NCBI GenBank assembly: GCA_902609025.1
Contig: CACLQD010000003.1
Coordinates: 1 to 50,578, forward strand
Direction of reading: 5' to 3'
Source: an uncultured PS1 clade bacterium
Lineage (GTDB): Bacteria > Pseudomonadota > Alphaproteobacteria > MED-G09
DNA length: 50,578 nucleotides
The notes below the pieces were generated by a model. The model worked only from the letters and a program-made list of their open reading frames with translations. It had not been told where the DNA came from and made no database searches. A program made the position numbers and the translations under genes. How positions within the stretch are numbered: position 1 is the stretch's first letter; the number at the start of each line of letters is the position of its first letter. Positions 38,591 to 48,183 of the stretch are shown one piece after another.

Positions 38591-39565
38591 ATGAGATTAC
38601 TATTAGTTTTTTTTATAATTCTACTTTCTACTTCAATATCTTTTTCAGAAGATAGATTTTCTAATTCTGATGGCAAGAAAAATGAAAAAAGCCTTAGTGA
38701 GGTTCTAAAATGGAGTTGGAGTCGTGAAGAGCCAAAAAAAGAATTTATTGAAACAAATGAAATAATAAATTCTGAATTTTTTGAGGATCGTAAATTTTAT
38801 GCTTTATGGATTGGTCATTCTACATTTCTAGTTAATAATGGCGATATTACAATTTTATTTGATCCCATATTCTCGAATAGAGCTTCTCCATTATCTTTTG
38901 CTGGACCAAAAAGACTAATAAAACCTGCAATCGATATTAAAGATTTACCAAAAATTGATGTTATTACAATTAGTCATAATCATTATGATCATCTTGATAT
39001 AAATAGTTTAAGAAAAATACAAAAGAGATTTCCTAATGTTAAAATTTTAGTTCCAAAGGGTGATTTAAAATTGCTGAAAAACTATCAGCTTATTAATGGA
39101 TATGAGTTCATATGGTGGGAAGATAAAATAATAAGCAATACAAAATTCACTTTCACTCCTGCGCAGCATTGGTCGGCAAGAGGTCTTAGAGATAGAAATA
39201 AAAGTTTATGGGGTAGTTGGTTCATTGAAAACGATAATAAAAATATTTTCCATGCTGGTGATACAGGTTATTCAAAAGATTTTGTTGAGATAAAAAATAA
39301 ACTTGGGTCAGTAGATTTTGCAATGATACCTATTGGTGCATATGATCCTGAATGGTTTATGAGTTATTCACATGTTACGCCAGAGGAAGCATTAAATATA
39401 TCCATAGACCTTGATGCTAAAAAAAGCATCGGAATGCACTGGGGAACCTTTATATTAACTGATGAACCAGTTTTAGAACCTAGGGAAAGATTGAAGAAAA
39501 TAGCCTCTGAAACAAATATTAATTTTTACACAGTTGAACCTGGAATAATAATTGAATTATACTAA
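38591..39565 (+). CDS. Secreted MBL-fold hydrolase (NAPE-PLD/RomA-like)
   Basis: Signal peptide; WIGHST, SHNHYDHLD, PAQHWSARG, GDTGY, PIGAY and MHWGTF motifs. Confidence 0.88.
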   Translation: MRLLLVFFIILLSTSISFSEDRFSNSDGKKNEKSLSEVLKWSWSREEPKKEFIETNEIINSEFFEDRKFYALWIGHSTFLVNNGDITILFDPIFSNRASPLSFAGPKRLIKPAIDIKDLPKIDVITISHNHYDHLDINSLRKIQKRFPNVKILVPKGDLKLLKNYQLINGYEFIWWEDKIISNTKFTFTPAQHWSARGLRDRNKSLWGSWFIENDNKNIFHAGDTGYSKDFVEIKNKLGSVDFAMIPIGAYDPEWFMSYSHVTPEEALNISIDLDAKKSIGMHWGTFILTDEPVLEPRERLKKIASETNINFYTVEPGIIIELY

Positions 39566-39572
39566 TTAAAAT

Positions 39573-40937
39573 CTATCTTCTTCCTTCAATATAATCATTT
39601 AATACCTCGTGATATCTTCTAACCCTTCTTTCTTGATTGGTTAAAATTGCATCCGTAAAGCCCTTTGACTTGACGCCTTTTTGTTGACCTATAGCCATAC
39701 TGATATCTTGATCAGTAACATAGCCCATGGAGCCTTCCGGATATATTACCCATTCATGCTCAGCAGGTCTTAATGGCCTTGGTCCTAGAGGTGTCTCGGT
39801 CATATTCTCTCCTGCAGTATTTTCAGTTGTATCTGACCCCATAAAAGTTGCTGAGGCTGATAATTGTTCCATATCTGGAACAAGCCACCAATGCTCAAAA
39901 AGGCACTTTTCTGGATCTGTTGGATGTGGTTGAGGTCTTTGAAACTGAATCCCGTCAGGAGTCATAGTGATATCATAATTAGGAAAACAATTATAAAAAT
40001 AATAATCAGTTAATTGTTCATCAGTTAAAAATTCATAATGCCAAAAACCTCTATCTTTGGCCAATTTCCTCTTTTGCTCTTGTATAGCTAACCTCGTTTC
40101 TTGAGCTTTTCCTTTAAAATCCTCAGGATTGAGATCCCATGCCTCTAACGCAGCATCAAGAGGAAAATTAACTTCATTTGGTGATTGATCTCCCAATGCA
40201 GGTTTATGACCAGGCATAAGCATTCTATTATGACCATTATCATACATATCAAATTGCGAAAATTTATAATCATTTTCGATATGAACTGATAGCTCAGGAT
40301 GTAATGTTGGTAAATGATATGACTCATTAAAATTATCGTGAATTATCTTCCAATTACAATCAACTTCGCAAGTGAGATTTAAAACCCTTATATATTTCTC
40401 AGGCTGATACGGACTCATATGGCTAATTAAGGGGTTAAGGGCTTCTTCAAATTTTTGAGGTTTTTCAGCAAGAGTAACCCAAACAAAACCTAGAGCAACT
40501 TCGCAATGAATTTCTTTTAATTTAATTTTTCCACAAGGGTTACCATTATCAAAATCCTCAGGATCTTGAAGATTCCTTAAAATTCCCTCAGTATCGTACT
40601 CCCATCCATGATAAGTGCATTTAAATGTATCTAATGATCCATTTTCAACATGAACCAATATATTTCCTCTATGAGGACAAACATTGTAAAAAGCTTTTAT
40701 AGAGTTATCTTTTTGACGAACTACTAAAACTTCTTCCAAACCAATCTTATAGACAAAAAAATCATCGGGTTCTGGTATTTCAGATGCAATCCCTGCAATC
40801 TGCCATACCTTTGTCCACATATGGTCCCATTCTTTTTGCATAAATTCTTTTGAATAATATCTTTCACCTGAAATCCTATCTCCTCTTAGTGCGGGATCAG
40901 GGTGCTTATCTCTTGGTGTAGGTATAATTTTATTCAT
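39573..40937 (-). CDS. Rieske non-heme iron oxygenase alpha subunit (3)
   Basis: CPH...CTYH; NFNESYHLPTLH; distal QD. Confidence 0.93.
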   Translation of the reverse strand: MNKIIPTPRDKHPDPALRGDRISGERYYSKEFMQKEWDHMWTKVWQIAGIASEIPEPDDFFVYKIGLEEVLVVRQKDNSIKAFYNVCPHRGNILVHVENGSLDTFKCTYHGWEYDTEGILRNLQDPEDFDNGNPCGKIKLKEIHCEVALGFVWVTLAEKPQKFEEALNPLISHMSPYQPEKYIRVLNLTCEVDCNWKIIHDNFNESYHLPTLHPELSVHIENDYKFSQFDMYDNGHNRMLMPGHKPALGDQSPNEVNFPLDAALEAWDLNPEDFKGKAQETRLAIQEQKRKLAKDRGFWHYEFLTDEQLTDYYFYNCFPNYDITMTPDGIQFQRPQPHPTDPEKCLFEHWWLVPDMEQLSASATFMGSDTTENTAGENMTETPLGPRPLRPAEHEWVIYPEGSMGYVTDQDISMAIGQQKGVKSKGFTDAILTNQERRVRRYHEVLNDYIEGRR

Positions 40938-40942
40938 TATAA

Positions 40943-41341
40943 TTACTCTCCATAAAGATTGCTAAACGATCTTTTAGAAAATTTCCATTCTCCATTTTCT
41001 TTAATGCATTCATCATCATATTGACCACAAGGTCGTAATTCAGTTCCATCAGGTAAAACTGCAGTTTCAATAGTGTAACTTCTCATGGAAGCTTTATCGC
41101 CATCAATTTTAATAAAACCAGGTTGAGCGATCATATGTACAAATGGATATCCTTTCATAGCCTCATTCCAAACATTAATGATTGTCTCCTTGCCTTCATT
41201 TTTGATATCTAAATGTGGAATTTCCCAGATAGCATTTTCTGACCATGTGCTACCCCAGATGCTAGCGTCTCTTTGATTAACGCCATCACAGTATCGATCT
41301 AATAGCTCTCTTATAGCTAATTTTTCTTCCATAATACTCAT
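40943..41341 (-). CDS. NTF2/SnoaL-like protein
   Basis: Homologous to the 32356 protein (KLAI.EL, WGSTW...AIW, YTIE, GQY.DE.IK....W.F.KR.FS). Confidence 0.85.
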   Translation of the reverse strand: MSIMEEKLAIRELLDRYCDGVNQRDASIWGSTWSENAIWEIPHLDIKNEGKETIINVWNEAMKGYPFVHMIAQPGFIKIDGDKASMRSYTIETAVLPDGTELRPCGQYDDECIKENGEWKFSKRSFSNLYGE

Positions 41342-41514
41342 AGAAAACCCCCTTTTTAATTAATTACTAAGCTCAATTAATTTATAGTCTAGGTTAAAAT
41401 ATAATGAAATTACAGTTTTTTTTGAGTAAAAAAATTGTTTCAAAAAATATCATTTTTTCTTGCTAAAATTAAAAATTAACATAAAAACTAGGGAATGTTA
41501 TATATAGTGTTGTT

Positions 41515-42933
41515 ATGAGTGAAATAAAAAAAGAAAAACAAAATCTTTCAGTTGTTAAAACTGGTGACGAAAGATCGCCAGATATTAGCTATACAGAATA
41601 CTTAATGGAAGATGCAAAAACAGTACCTGAATTTATGGTTGAGGAAACTTATGAATATCTTGGCTCTGAAGATATAGATACTTCCAGATATATTTCTAAA
41701 GAATTTTTTGAAAAGGAAAGAGACTGCATGTGGACTAGAGTCTGGCAATTTGCTTGCAGAGTAGAGGATATTCCTGAAGTTGGCGATAGTCTTGTTTACG
41801 ATATACTTGATTGGTCTTTTTTAATTGTGAGATCTGAGGAAGATAAAATTCAAGCTTTTTATAATAGCTGTTTGCACAGAGGAAGAAGAATTAAGACTGA
41901 ACGTGGATTTGGTAAGGATTTACAATGTCCTTTTCATGGTTTTTGTTGGAATTTAGATGGATCATTAAAATTTACTCCTGCTCCATGGGATTTTCAGCAC
42001 ATAAAAGATAGAGATTTTAAACTTCCAGAAGTTAGAGTTGAGATTTGGGAAGGTTTTGTATTTATTAATATGGATGATAAAGCTGTCTCACTAGAAGAAT
42101 ACCTTGCTCCTCTTCCGGAACATCATAAAAGATGGAATCTAGGTGATTGTAAAAAAGTTATTCATGTTTCAAAAGTAGTTCCAGGTAACTGGAAGACAGT
42201 TCAAGAAGCATTTATGGAGTCTTTTCATGCAACATTAATTCATCCTGAAATTTTACCTTTCCAGGCAGATGAAAATGCACGTTATGATATTTACGGCGAT
42301 CATATGAACAGAAATATTGCTTTAACAGGAAAACCAAGTCCAAATTTGAAAAATGTAGATGAGCAGGAAATACTAGACACCATATTTTATGGATCTGGTC
42401 GAATGGCTGCAGATGATAAGATTCTTGTTCCAGAAGGCGAAGAAGCTAGAAAGGTTGCAGCTCAATCAATGAGAGATGCCTTTGAAGAAGCCGATGGGCA
42501 TGATTACTCTGATAAATCAGATGCAGAAATGCTTGATGCAATAGTTTATAATGTATTTCCAAATTTTTCACCTTGGGGTGGCTTTCCAAGAAACCTTATC
42601 TATAGATTTCGACCAAATGGAAATAGAGAAGACTCTGCAATAATGGAAGCTATGTTTTTGCAAAGAAATCATAAAGATCCTGATAAGCAAGAAAAATATG
42701 AACCAATCCCAATACATTATCTTAATGAAGATGAAAACTGGGATGATGCTGAAGAATTAACTGGTATAGGTTTTATTTTTGATCAAGATATGGGTAACAT
42801 ACCTGAGGTTGAAAGAGGTATTCGAGCTAGTAAATCTGGTAAATTAACATATGCAAATTATCAAGAAAGTAGGCTTAGACATTACCATCAAACAATGGAT
42901 AAATATATTGCAAAGGGTCCTTTTAAGCCTTAA
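41515..42933 (+). CDS. Rieske non-heme iron oxygenase alpha subunit (4, more divergent)
   Basis: CLH...CPFH; EAFMESFHATLIH; distal QD. Confidence 0.93.
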   Translation: MSEIKKEKQNLSVVKTGDERSPDISYTEYLMEDAKTVPEFMVEETYEYLGSEDIDTSRYISKEFFEKERDCMWTRVWQFACRVEDIPEVGDSLVYDILDWSFLIVRSEEDKIQAFYNSCLHRGRRIKTERGFGKDLQCPFHGFCWNLDGSLKFTPAPWDFQHIKDRDFKLPEVRVEIWEGFVFINMDDKAVSLEEYLAPLPEHHKRWNLGDCKKVIHVSKVVPGNWKTVQEAFMESFHATLIHPEILPFQADENARYDIYGDHMNRNIALTGKPSPNLKNVDEQEILDTIFYGSGRMAADDKILVPEGEEARKVAAQSMRDAFEEADGHDYSDKSDAEMLDAIVYNVFPNFSPWGGFPRNLIYRFRPNGNREDSAIMEAMFLQRNHKDPDKQEKYEPIPIHYLNEDENWDDAEELTGIGFIFDQDMGNIPEVERGIRASKSGKLTYANYQESRLRHYHQTMDKYIAKGPFKP

Positions 42934-43697
42934 GCAGTGCTTCCTCCATCAACAGTATAAACTGAGCCTGTAACAAATGAACTATCATCGCTTGCAAGAA
43001 AAAGCATTACTTTGGCTACATCTTCCGGTTTACCATACCTACCTAATGGAATATTAGATTCCATAAGATCTTTTGCTTGCTTAGATTCACCCGGCATCAA
43101 TCCTTCCTCTAGACTTCTCATCATTCTTGTCTCAACCGGAGAAGGGTTAACTGTGTTTACTCTTATATTTTTGTCAGCGCATTCTTTTGCAGCAGATTTC
43201 ATCAAACCAATTACGGCATGCTTACTTGTTGCATAGGCACCTATTTGTGGTGCACCAGATAAACCTGCTATACTAGAAGTTATAATAAAACTTCCGCCTC
43301 CTCTATCAGTTAGTGCCGGAATGGATGCCTTTAATCCTAAAAAAGGCCCTTTCACATTTACAGCCATGACTTGATCGAATTTTTCAATGTCATAATCTTC
43401 TAAATTTTTAACATCACCTTCAATACCTGCATTTGCAACAAAAATATCAAGACCACCAAATTTCTTTTTTGCTATTTCTACAGCTCTTAAATTATCCTCA
43501 ATACATGTTACATCACCTGTGCAATAGCTGAGGTGATTAGAACCAATTTCTTGGCACAAGTTTTTTAAGTCGCTTTCATTTAAATCAAAAAGTAATACAT
43601 CAGAGCCTTCATTTAAAAATTCTATTGCTGTTGCCTTTCCTATTCCACCAGCCCCACCGGTAATTATAGCAACTTTATTATCTAATTTTTTAATCAT
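42930..43697 (-). CDS. Classical SDR oxidoreductase
   Basis: TGGAGGIG, ANAG, YATSK and VDGG motifs. Confidence 0.92.
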   Translation of the reverse strand: MIKKLDNKVAIITGGAGGIGKATAIEFLNEGSDVLLFDLNESDLKNLCQEIGSNHLSYCTGDVTCIEDNLRAVEIAKKKFGGLDIFVANAGIEGDVKNLEDYDIEKFDQVMAVNVKGPFLGLKASIPALTDRGGGSFIITSSIAGLSGAPQIGAYATSKHAVIGLMKSAAKECADKNIRVNTVNPSPVETRMMRSLEEGLMPGESKQAKDLMESNIPLGRYGKPEDVAKVMLFLASDDSSFVTGSVYTVDGGSTA

Positions 43698-43706
43698 TGA
43701 AATTCG

Positions 43707-44594
43707 CTATGAAGTATCTTTTACTAAATCACTTTGCGGAGGCAATGATGAAAAATCATCTATTTTTTCTCCAAAAATTCTTTCAGGACTTACCGAGTCC
43801 ATTGTTCCTTTTTTATCATCAGGGTCAGTGTAAAAACCAAGTACATATCCACCTTTAGAATATCCAATTAGCGATCTTAATTCAGGTGAAAAATTCTTAG
43901 CGACTTCAGGAGGATGAGATAGATACTGATTTTCCTCTTGCCTTAACCAGTTCAAAGCATAATGCATAAAAACTCCAGTTCTAATCTCAGTATCAGTGGA
44001 ATTTTTTCCACCTCCGTGAAGAACAGTCCCAGTATAAAGCAATACTGAGCCAGAAGACATTTCAGCATAAGCAATTTCATGCTCACTAGGAGTTTTATCT
44101 TTATCCCATTTATGTGAACCTGGAACAACTTGAGTAGCACCATTTTCTTTAGTGAAATCAGTTAAAGCCCAAATTGTACTGAAATGAGTTTCTATTTTTC
44201 TTGGAATATATCCACCCCAGATACCCCTATCGCGATGAAGTATCTGTTTTGATTCTCCAGGACCAATACTAACGGCTGAAGTGAAGTGAAGTTGATACCC
44301 ATCACCATAAGGTTCAAGGAAATTACAAGCTAGATTATTTATAAGGGGATGAAGAGCTAGATTTTGGCAACCAACTGATCTTGCTAACAAGCCTCCTACT
44401 CTTTTAGTCTCAAAACCAGTAAATTCAGTCTTTCCTTTAATATAATTATTTAAATAAGGATCTAGCTCATCTTTAATCTGGCTTAATAAATCATTATCTA
44501 GAACATCATCTAAGATTAATGCTGCATCTTGATCAATGACACTCAGGATATCCTCTTGAGATGCATCGGCTTTCAAGTGTTTTATATCAGCCAT
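43707..44594 (-). CDS. PhyH-family Fe(II)/2-oxoglutarate dioxygenase
   Basis: HxD (LHRD), ENGAT.VVPGSH, HGGG.N and LRQEENQ motifs. Confidence 0.9.
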   Translation of the reverse strand: MADIKHLKADASQEDILSVIDQDAALILDDVLDNDLLSQIKDELDPYLNNYIKGKTEFTGFETKRVGGLLARSVGCQNLALHPLINNLACNFLEPYGDGYQLHFTSAVSIGPGESKQILHRDRGIWGGYIPRKIETHFSTIWALTDFTKENGATQVVPGSHKWDKDKTPSEHEIAYAEMSSGSVLLYTGTVLHGGGKNSTDTEIRTGVFMHYALNWLRQEENQYLSHPPEVAKNFSPELRSLIGYSKGGYVLGFYTDPDDKKGTMDSVSPERIFGEKIDDFSSLPPQSDLVKDTS

Positions 44595-44597
44595 TTA

Positions 44598-45050
44598 TCA
44601 AATCCATCGCCTAACTTTTTTCATATATACTTTGAATTCTTCACCAAAGAGCTCAAGCATGGCATTCTCTTCAGGAATAATTTGAAAGTAAGTAATATAT
44701 CCAACAAATAAGGGTAAGAAAATTAGACCTACAATTAAACCGTTATAAATAGATAAACCTAATAAAAACAACAACATACCTAAATACATAGGATTACGTG
44801 TAATCTTAAAAAAACCATCAGTTACTAATTTAGAGGTCTCATTGGGTTTCATAGGATTAACAGTTGTATCTTTCTTTTTAAAATTTCTTGCTGAAGAAAA
44901 AGTTACAAAAAAACCTAATAGTATAAAAAATATTGAAATATATATTTTAAAGGGTAAATCGACAGATGGAAAATTGTCTGAAAAATAGAAAATCATAATA
45001 GCAAATAATATTGTTACTACTGGTGGTGGTATTTTTGTATTTAAAAACAT
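44598..45050 (-). CDS. Isoprenylcysteine carboxyl methyltransferase / PEMT family membrane protein
   Basis: TTVNP, LVTDG, TRNPMYLG, PEE..M...FG and VRRWI motifs. Confidence 0.88.
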   Translation of the reverse strand: MFLNTKIPPPVVTILFAIMIFYFSDNFPSVDLPFKIYISIFFILLGFFVTFSSARNFKKKDTTVNPMKPNETSKLVTDGFFKITRNPMYLGMLLFLLGLSIYNGLIVGLIFLPLFVGYITYFQIIPEENAMLELFGEEFKVYMKKVRRWI

Positions 45051-45460
45051 TATTGCTGACGAATTCCTCTAGAAACCAATCTATGACGATATATTTTCCA
45101 ATCTCCATCAACTCTCTTCATATCTGTTTCATATGTTGCCCAAAGAGTAAGTATTTCACCCTCAGGTTCTTTAAGATAATGTAAAGCTTGAACATCTGTT
45201 CTGCAGTGGGCGTCATCGCCATTAATTGAGGCAAGTTGGGGGCCTAGCATATGTTGAGTAGGGCCATAATTTGATAGCGCACCTTTCACATATTCAACCC
45301 AATTATCTCTTCCATTTATAGGTTGTTCACCAAAATCTAAAATCTCGACATCTTCGATAAAACATGAAGAATAAAGATCAAAATCACGCTCATCAACACC
45401 TGCTGCATATCTAAGCATAACATCTTGTAAAGCAATTCTATCCGCTACATGATCACTCAT
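45050..45460 (-). CDS. NTF2/SnoaL-like protein (BaiE/LinA/scytalone-dehydratase-like)
   Basis: DRIALQD..RYA.GVD.RD...TQH...W.I..R pattern; start moved to MSDHVAD, which has a GGGGA RBS. Confidence 0.82.
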   Translation of the reverse strand: MSDHVADRIALQDVMLRYAAGVDERDFDLYSSCFIEDVEILDFGEQPINGRDNWVEYVKGALSNYGPTQHMLGPQLASINGDDAHCRTDVQALHYLKEPEGEILTLWATYETDMKRVDGDWKIYRHRLVSRGIRQQ

Positions 45461-45540
45461 AGTCTTCCCCTTTAAAAATATATTTTTATTTAAGCATAAA
45501 TTTTGGCATAATTTAAATAATAAGTGAGAATAATAAAACA

Positions 45541-46698
45541 ATGTCAGAAATAAAACCTTTCAAAATCGAAATTGCTGATGAAGATATAAATAAATTAAGA
45601 AGCAGAATCGAATCTACCCGATGGCCAGAAAAAGAAACTGTAAACGACTGGAACCAAGGAACCCCTTTATCTTATATGAAAGAAGTTAGTGAATATTGGA
45701 TTAATAACTATAACTGGAAAGAAAGAGAAAAGTATTATAATTCTTTTGATCAATATATTACGACTATAGATGAACTTGATATTCATTTCGTTCATGTTAA
45801 AAGTGAAATTGAAAACGCAACACCATTAATTATGAGCCATGGTTGGCCTGGTTCAATTGTAGAATTTCATAAAATAATAAGACCTCTTGTTGATCCTCTT
45901 AATTATGGAGGAAAGAAAGAAGATGCATTCCATGTTGTGTGCCCTACTCTTCCTGGATATGGATTTTCTAGCAAACCATCAAAGGATGGAACAGGAGTTG
46001 ATAAAATTGCTGAAATTTGGAACCAATTAATGAATAAAATTGGCTATAAAAATTACTTCGCGCAAGGTGGTGATTGGGGTTCAGCCATAACAATTGCTAT
46101 TGGAAAGCAGAACAAAGGTAATTGTTTAGGACTACATGTTAACATGCCTTTTGCTCCACCAACTAAGGAGGCTATGGAAAATCCAAGTGAAAGAGATAAA
46201 ATTGCATTTGAAGGCTTAAATTATTATCAAGAATGGGGATCTGGTTATTCTAAACAGCAAAGTACAAGACCACAAACTTTAGGATATAGCCTTGTAGACT
46301 CCCCAATTGGTCAAGCGGCTTGGATAATAGAAAAATTCTATGAATGGACTGATTGTGATGGCCATCCAGAAAACGTTCTTACAAAAGAAGAGTTAATCGA
46401 TAATATTATGTTTTACTGGTTAACAAAAAGTGGAGCGTCCTCAGCACGTCTTTATTGGGAGAGCTTTGGATCATTTGGAGGAAATCCTAACGAAAAGCTT
46501 ACACTACCGATTGGTTGTAGTATTTTTCCAAAAGAAATTTCTCGTACTCCAAAAGCTTGGGCCGAACAAGTCTACTCAAATATTGTTTATTGGAATGAAT
46601 TAGAAAAAGGCGGTCATTTTGCAGCATTTGAACAACCTGAAATTTTTATAAATGAAATTAGAAATTGTTTCCGAACAATGCGCGACAATTTATCTTAA
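45541..46698 (+). CDS. Epoxide hydrolase (microsomal type, EHN domain)
   Basis: HGWPGS, GGDWG nucleophile motif and GGHFAAFEQP. Confidence 0.92.
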   Translation: MSEIKPFKIEIADEDINKLRSRIESTRWPEKETVNDWNQGTPLSYMKEVSEYWINNYNWKEREKYYNSFDQYITTIDELDIHFVHVKSEIENATPLIMSHGWPGSIVEFHKIIRPLVDPLNYGGKKEDAFHVVCPTLPGYGFSSKPSKDGTGVDKIAEIWNQLMNKIGYKNYFAQGGDWGSAITIAIGKQNKGNCLGLHVNMPFAPPTKEAMENPSERDKIAFEGLNYYQEWGSGYSKQQSTRPQTLGYSLVDSPIGQAAWIIEKFYEWTDCDGHPENVLTKEELIDNIMFYWLTKSGASSARLYWESFGSFGGNPNEKLTLPIGCSIFPKEISRTPKAWAEQVYSNIVYWNELEKGGHFAAFEQPEIFINEIRNCFRTMRDNLS

Positions 46699-46757
46699 TA
46701 TAAACATTGCAGTTTCTACAATAGGACTTATTTTCGTTGCAGTGTAGGGAGAATTAA

Positions 46758-47846
46758 ATGGTTAGGTTATTACTTTTATTATCAATTCTATTGTTTTCAA
46801 TCAATATATCGGCAATGTCGACTGCTATTGGACATGGCCCAATAGGCTTAATGGCTGATCATTTCCATAAAAAAGGAGAGTGGATGATATCTCTTAGGGT
46901 ATCGAATATGGAAATGAAAAAAAATACTTTGGATGGCAAAAATATTTCAGATATTGAAGTTTTAAATCAGCCTAATCCTTCTTTCAAAATGTCTTCTATG
47001 AACGACATGCCTATGATGGAAATGTCATCAATGAAAATGCCTAAAAATCTAAGTGTAATTCCAAGAAAAATGACTATGAGAATGATTATGCTTGGGGCGA
47101 TGTATGCGCCATCTGATAAAATAACTCTAATGGGCATGGCAATGTTCAATGAAAAGGAAATGGAATTGGATACATATAGAGGAATGATGAATAGAAACTA
47201 TTTAGGATCATTCGAAACCTCATCATCAGATTTATCAAAAATATCATTATCAGCATTATTTAATCTTCATGAAAGTGAAAGCTCAAGATGGCATTTAATA
47301 GGTGGATTAGAGAAAAGCATTGGTGAAAATACAAAAAAAGGAATGGTTTTAACGCCAATGAACACAAATACCTCAATTACTTTGCCATACGGTATGCAGC
47401 CAAGTGATAAAGCTTTAAGATTATTAACTGGAGTTACAAATGTTACTAAAATAAATAATTTTGTTTTAGGTAACCAAATTTTTTTTAGAAAAAGTATTGA
47501 AGAAGAAGACTGGAATTTTGGCGATGAATTTGAATATAACCTTTGGTTTCAAGGTTCATTTAATGACAATATTTCATATTCATTAAGGTTAAATTATTTA
47601 GATACTGATTCAATAAACGGAAAAAATGAAAATATAATGGCCCCTGTTCAAACAGCAAATCCAAGAAATTATGGTGGTGAGATCTTAAACATCGGAATAG
47701 GTTTTAATTTCATAACAAATTTTTTACCTGGAAAACACTCTGATAGGTTAGCAATCGAGTATATTATACCCATTGACCAAGATAAAAGTGGTTTACAAAT
47801 GAAGAATGAAGCTAAATTTATAATAGGTTTTCAAAAATCGTTATAA
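46758..47846 (+). CDS. Putative outer-membrane transporter with His motif and Met-rich loop
   Basis: Signal peptide; HGPIGLMADHFHKKGEWM; MSSMNDMPMMEMSSMKMP; MYAPSD; LPYGMQ; amphipathic beta-strand pattern. Confidence 0.65.
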   Translation: MVRLLLLLSILLFSINISAMSTAIGHGPIGLMADHFHKKGEWMISLRVSNMEMKKNTLDGKNISDIEVLNQPNPSFKMSSMNDMPMMEMSSMKMPKNLSVIPRKMTMRMIMLGAMYAPSDKITLMGMAMFNEKEMELDTYRGMMNRNYLGSFETSSSDLSKISLSALFNLHESESSRWHLIGGLEKSIGENTKKGMVLTPMNTNTSITLPYGMQPSDKALRLLTGVTNVTKINNFVLGNQIFFRKSIEEEDWNFGDEFEYNLWFQGSFNDNISYSLRLNYLDTDSINGKNENIMAPVQTANPRNYGGEILNIGIGFNFITNFLPGKHSDRLAIEYIIPIDQDKSGLQMKNEAKFIIGFQKSL

Positions 47847-47848
47847 AA

Positions 47849-48181
47849 TTAAATTTTTATTAAAAAATTTAGAATTGTTACAGAAATCACTGTTACTAAA
47901 ATACTTATTAAAAAAGCTATATAAAAACCAAATTTTGAGATGACAAAAGGAAAAATTAAAAACATTGGTATAGTTGGAACAATATAAAGCAATGTGTAGG
48001 ACACATGTGATGAAATTTTTTCATCAGAATTTCCATCATAATACATCCATAAAATAATAAGCAATGTCATTATAGGCATTGCGGCTATTAGGCCACTTAG
48101 CTTATCATTAACTTTGGCAATTTCACTAATAAGGACTATAAGACCGGCAGTTACTATTATTTTAATTATCAAAAAAATCAT
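47849..48181 (-). CDS. Small membrane protein (DUF3147-like)
   Basis: K...TA..IV.ISE.AK....GLIAAMP...LL...W pattern. Confidence 0.7.
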   Translation of the reverse strand: MIFLIIKIIVTAGLIVLISEIAKVNDKLSGLIAAMPIMTLLIILWMYYDGNSDEKISSHVSYTLLYIVPTIPMFLIFPFVISKFGFYIAFLISILVTVISVTILNFLIKI

Positions 48182-48183
48182 GT

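Noticed and set aside
12684-47149. Remaining short nested or antisense ORFs (12684, 12945, 15326, 19522, 19868, 23036, 27471, 28874, 31961, 35814, 37300, 38243, 39727, 40145, 43012, 43952, 44529, 46967)
   Set aside because: All overlap well-supported genes and show no protein-family signal.
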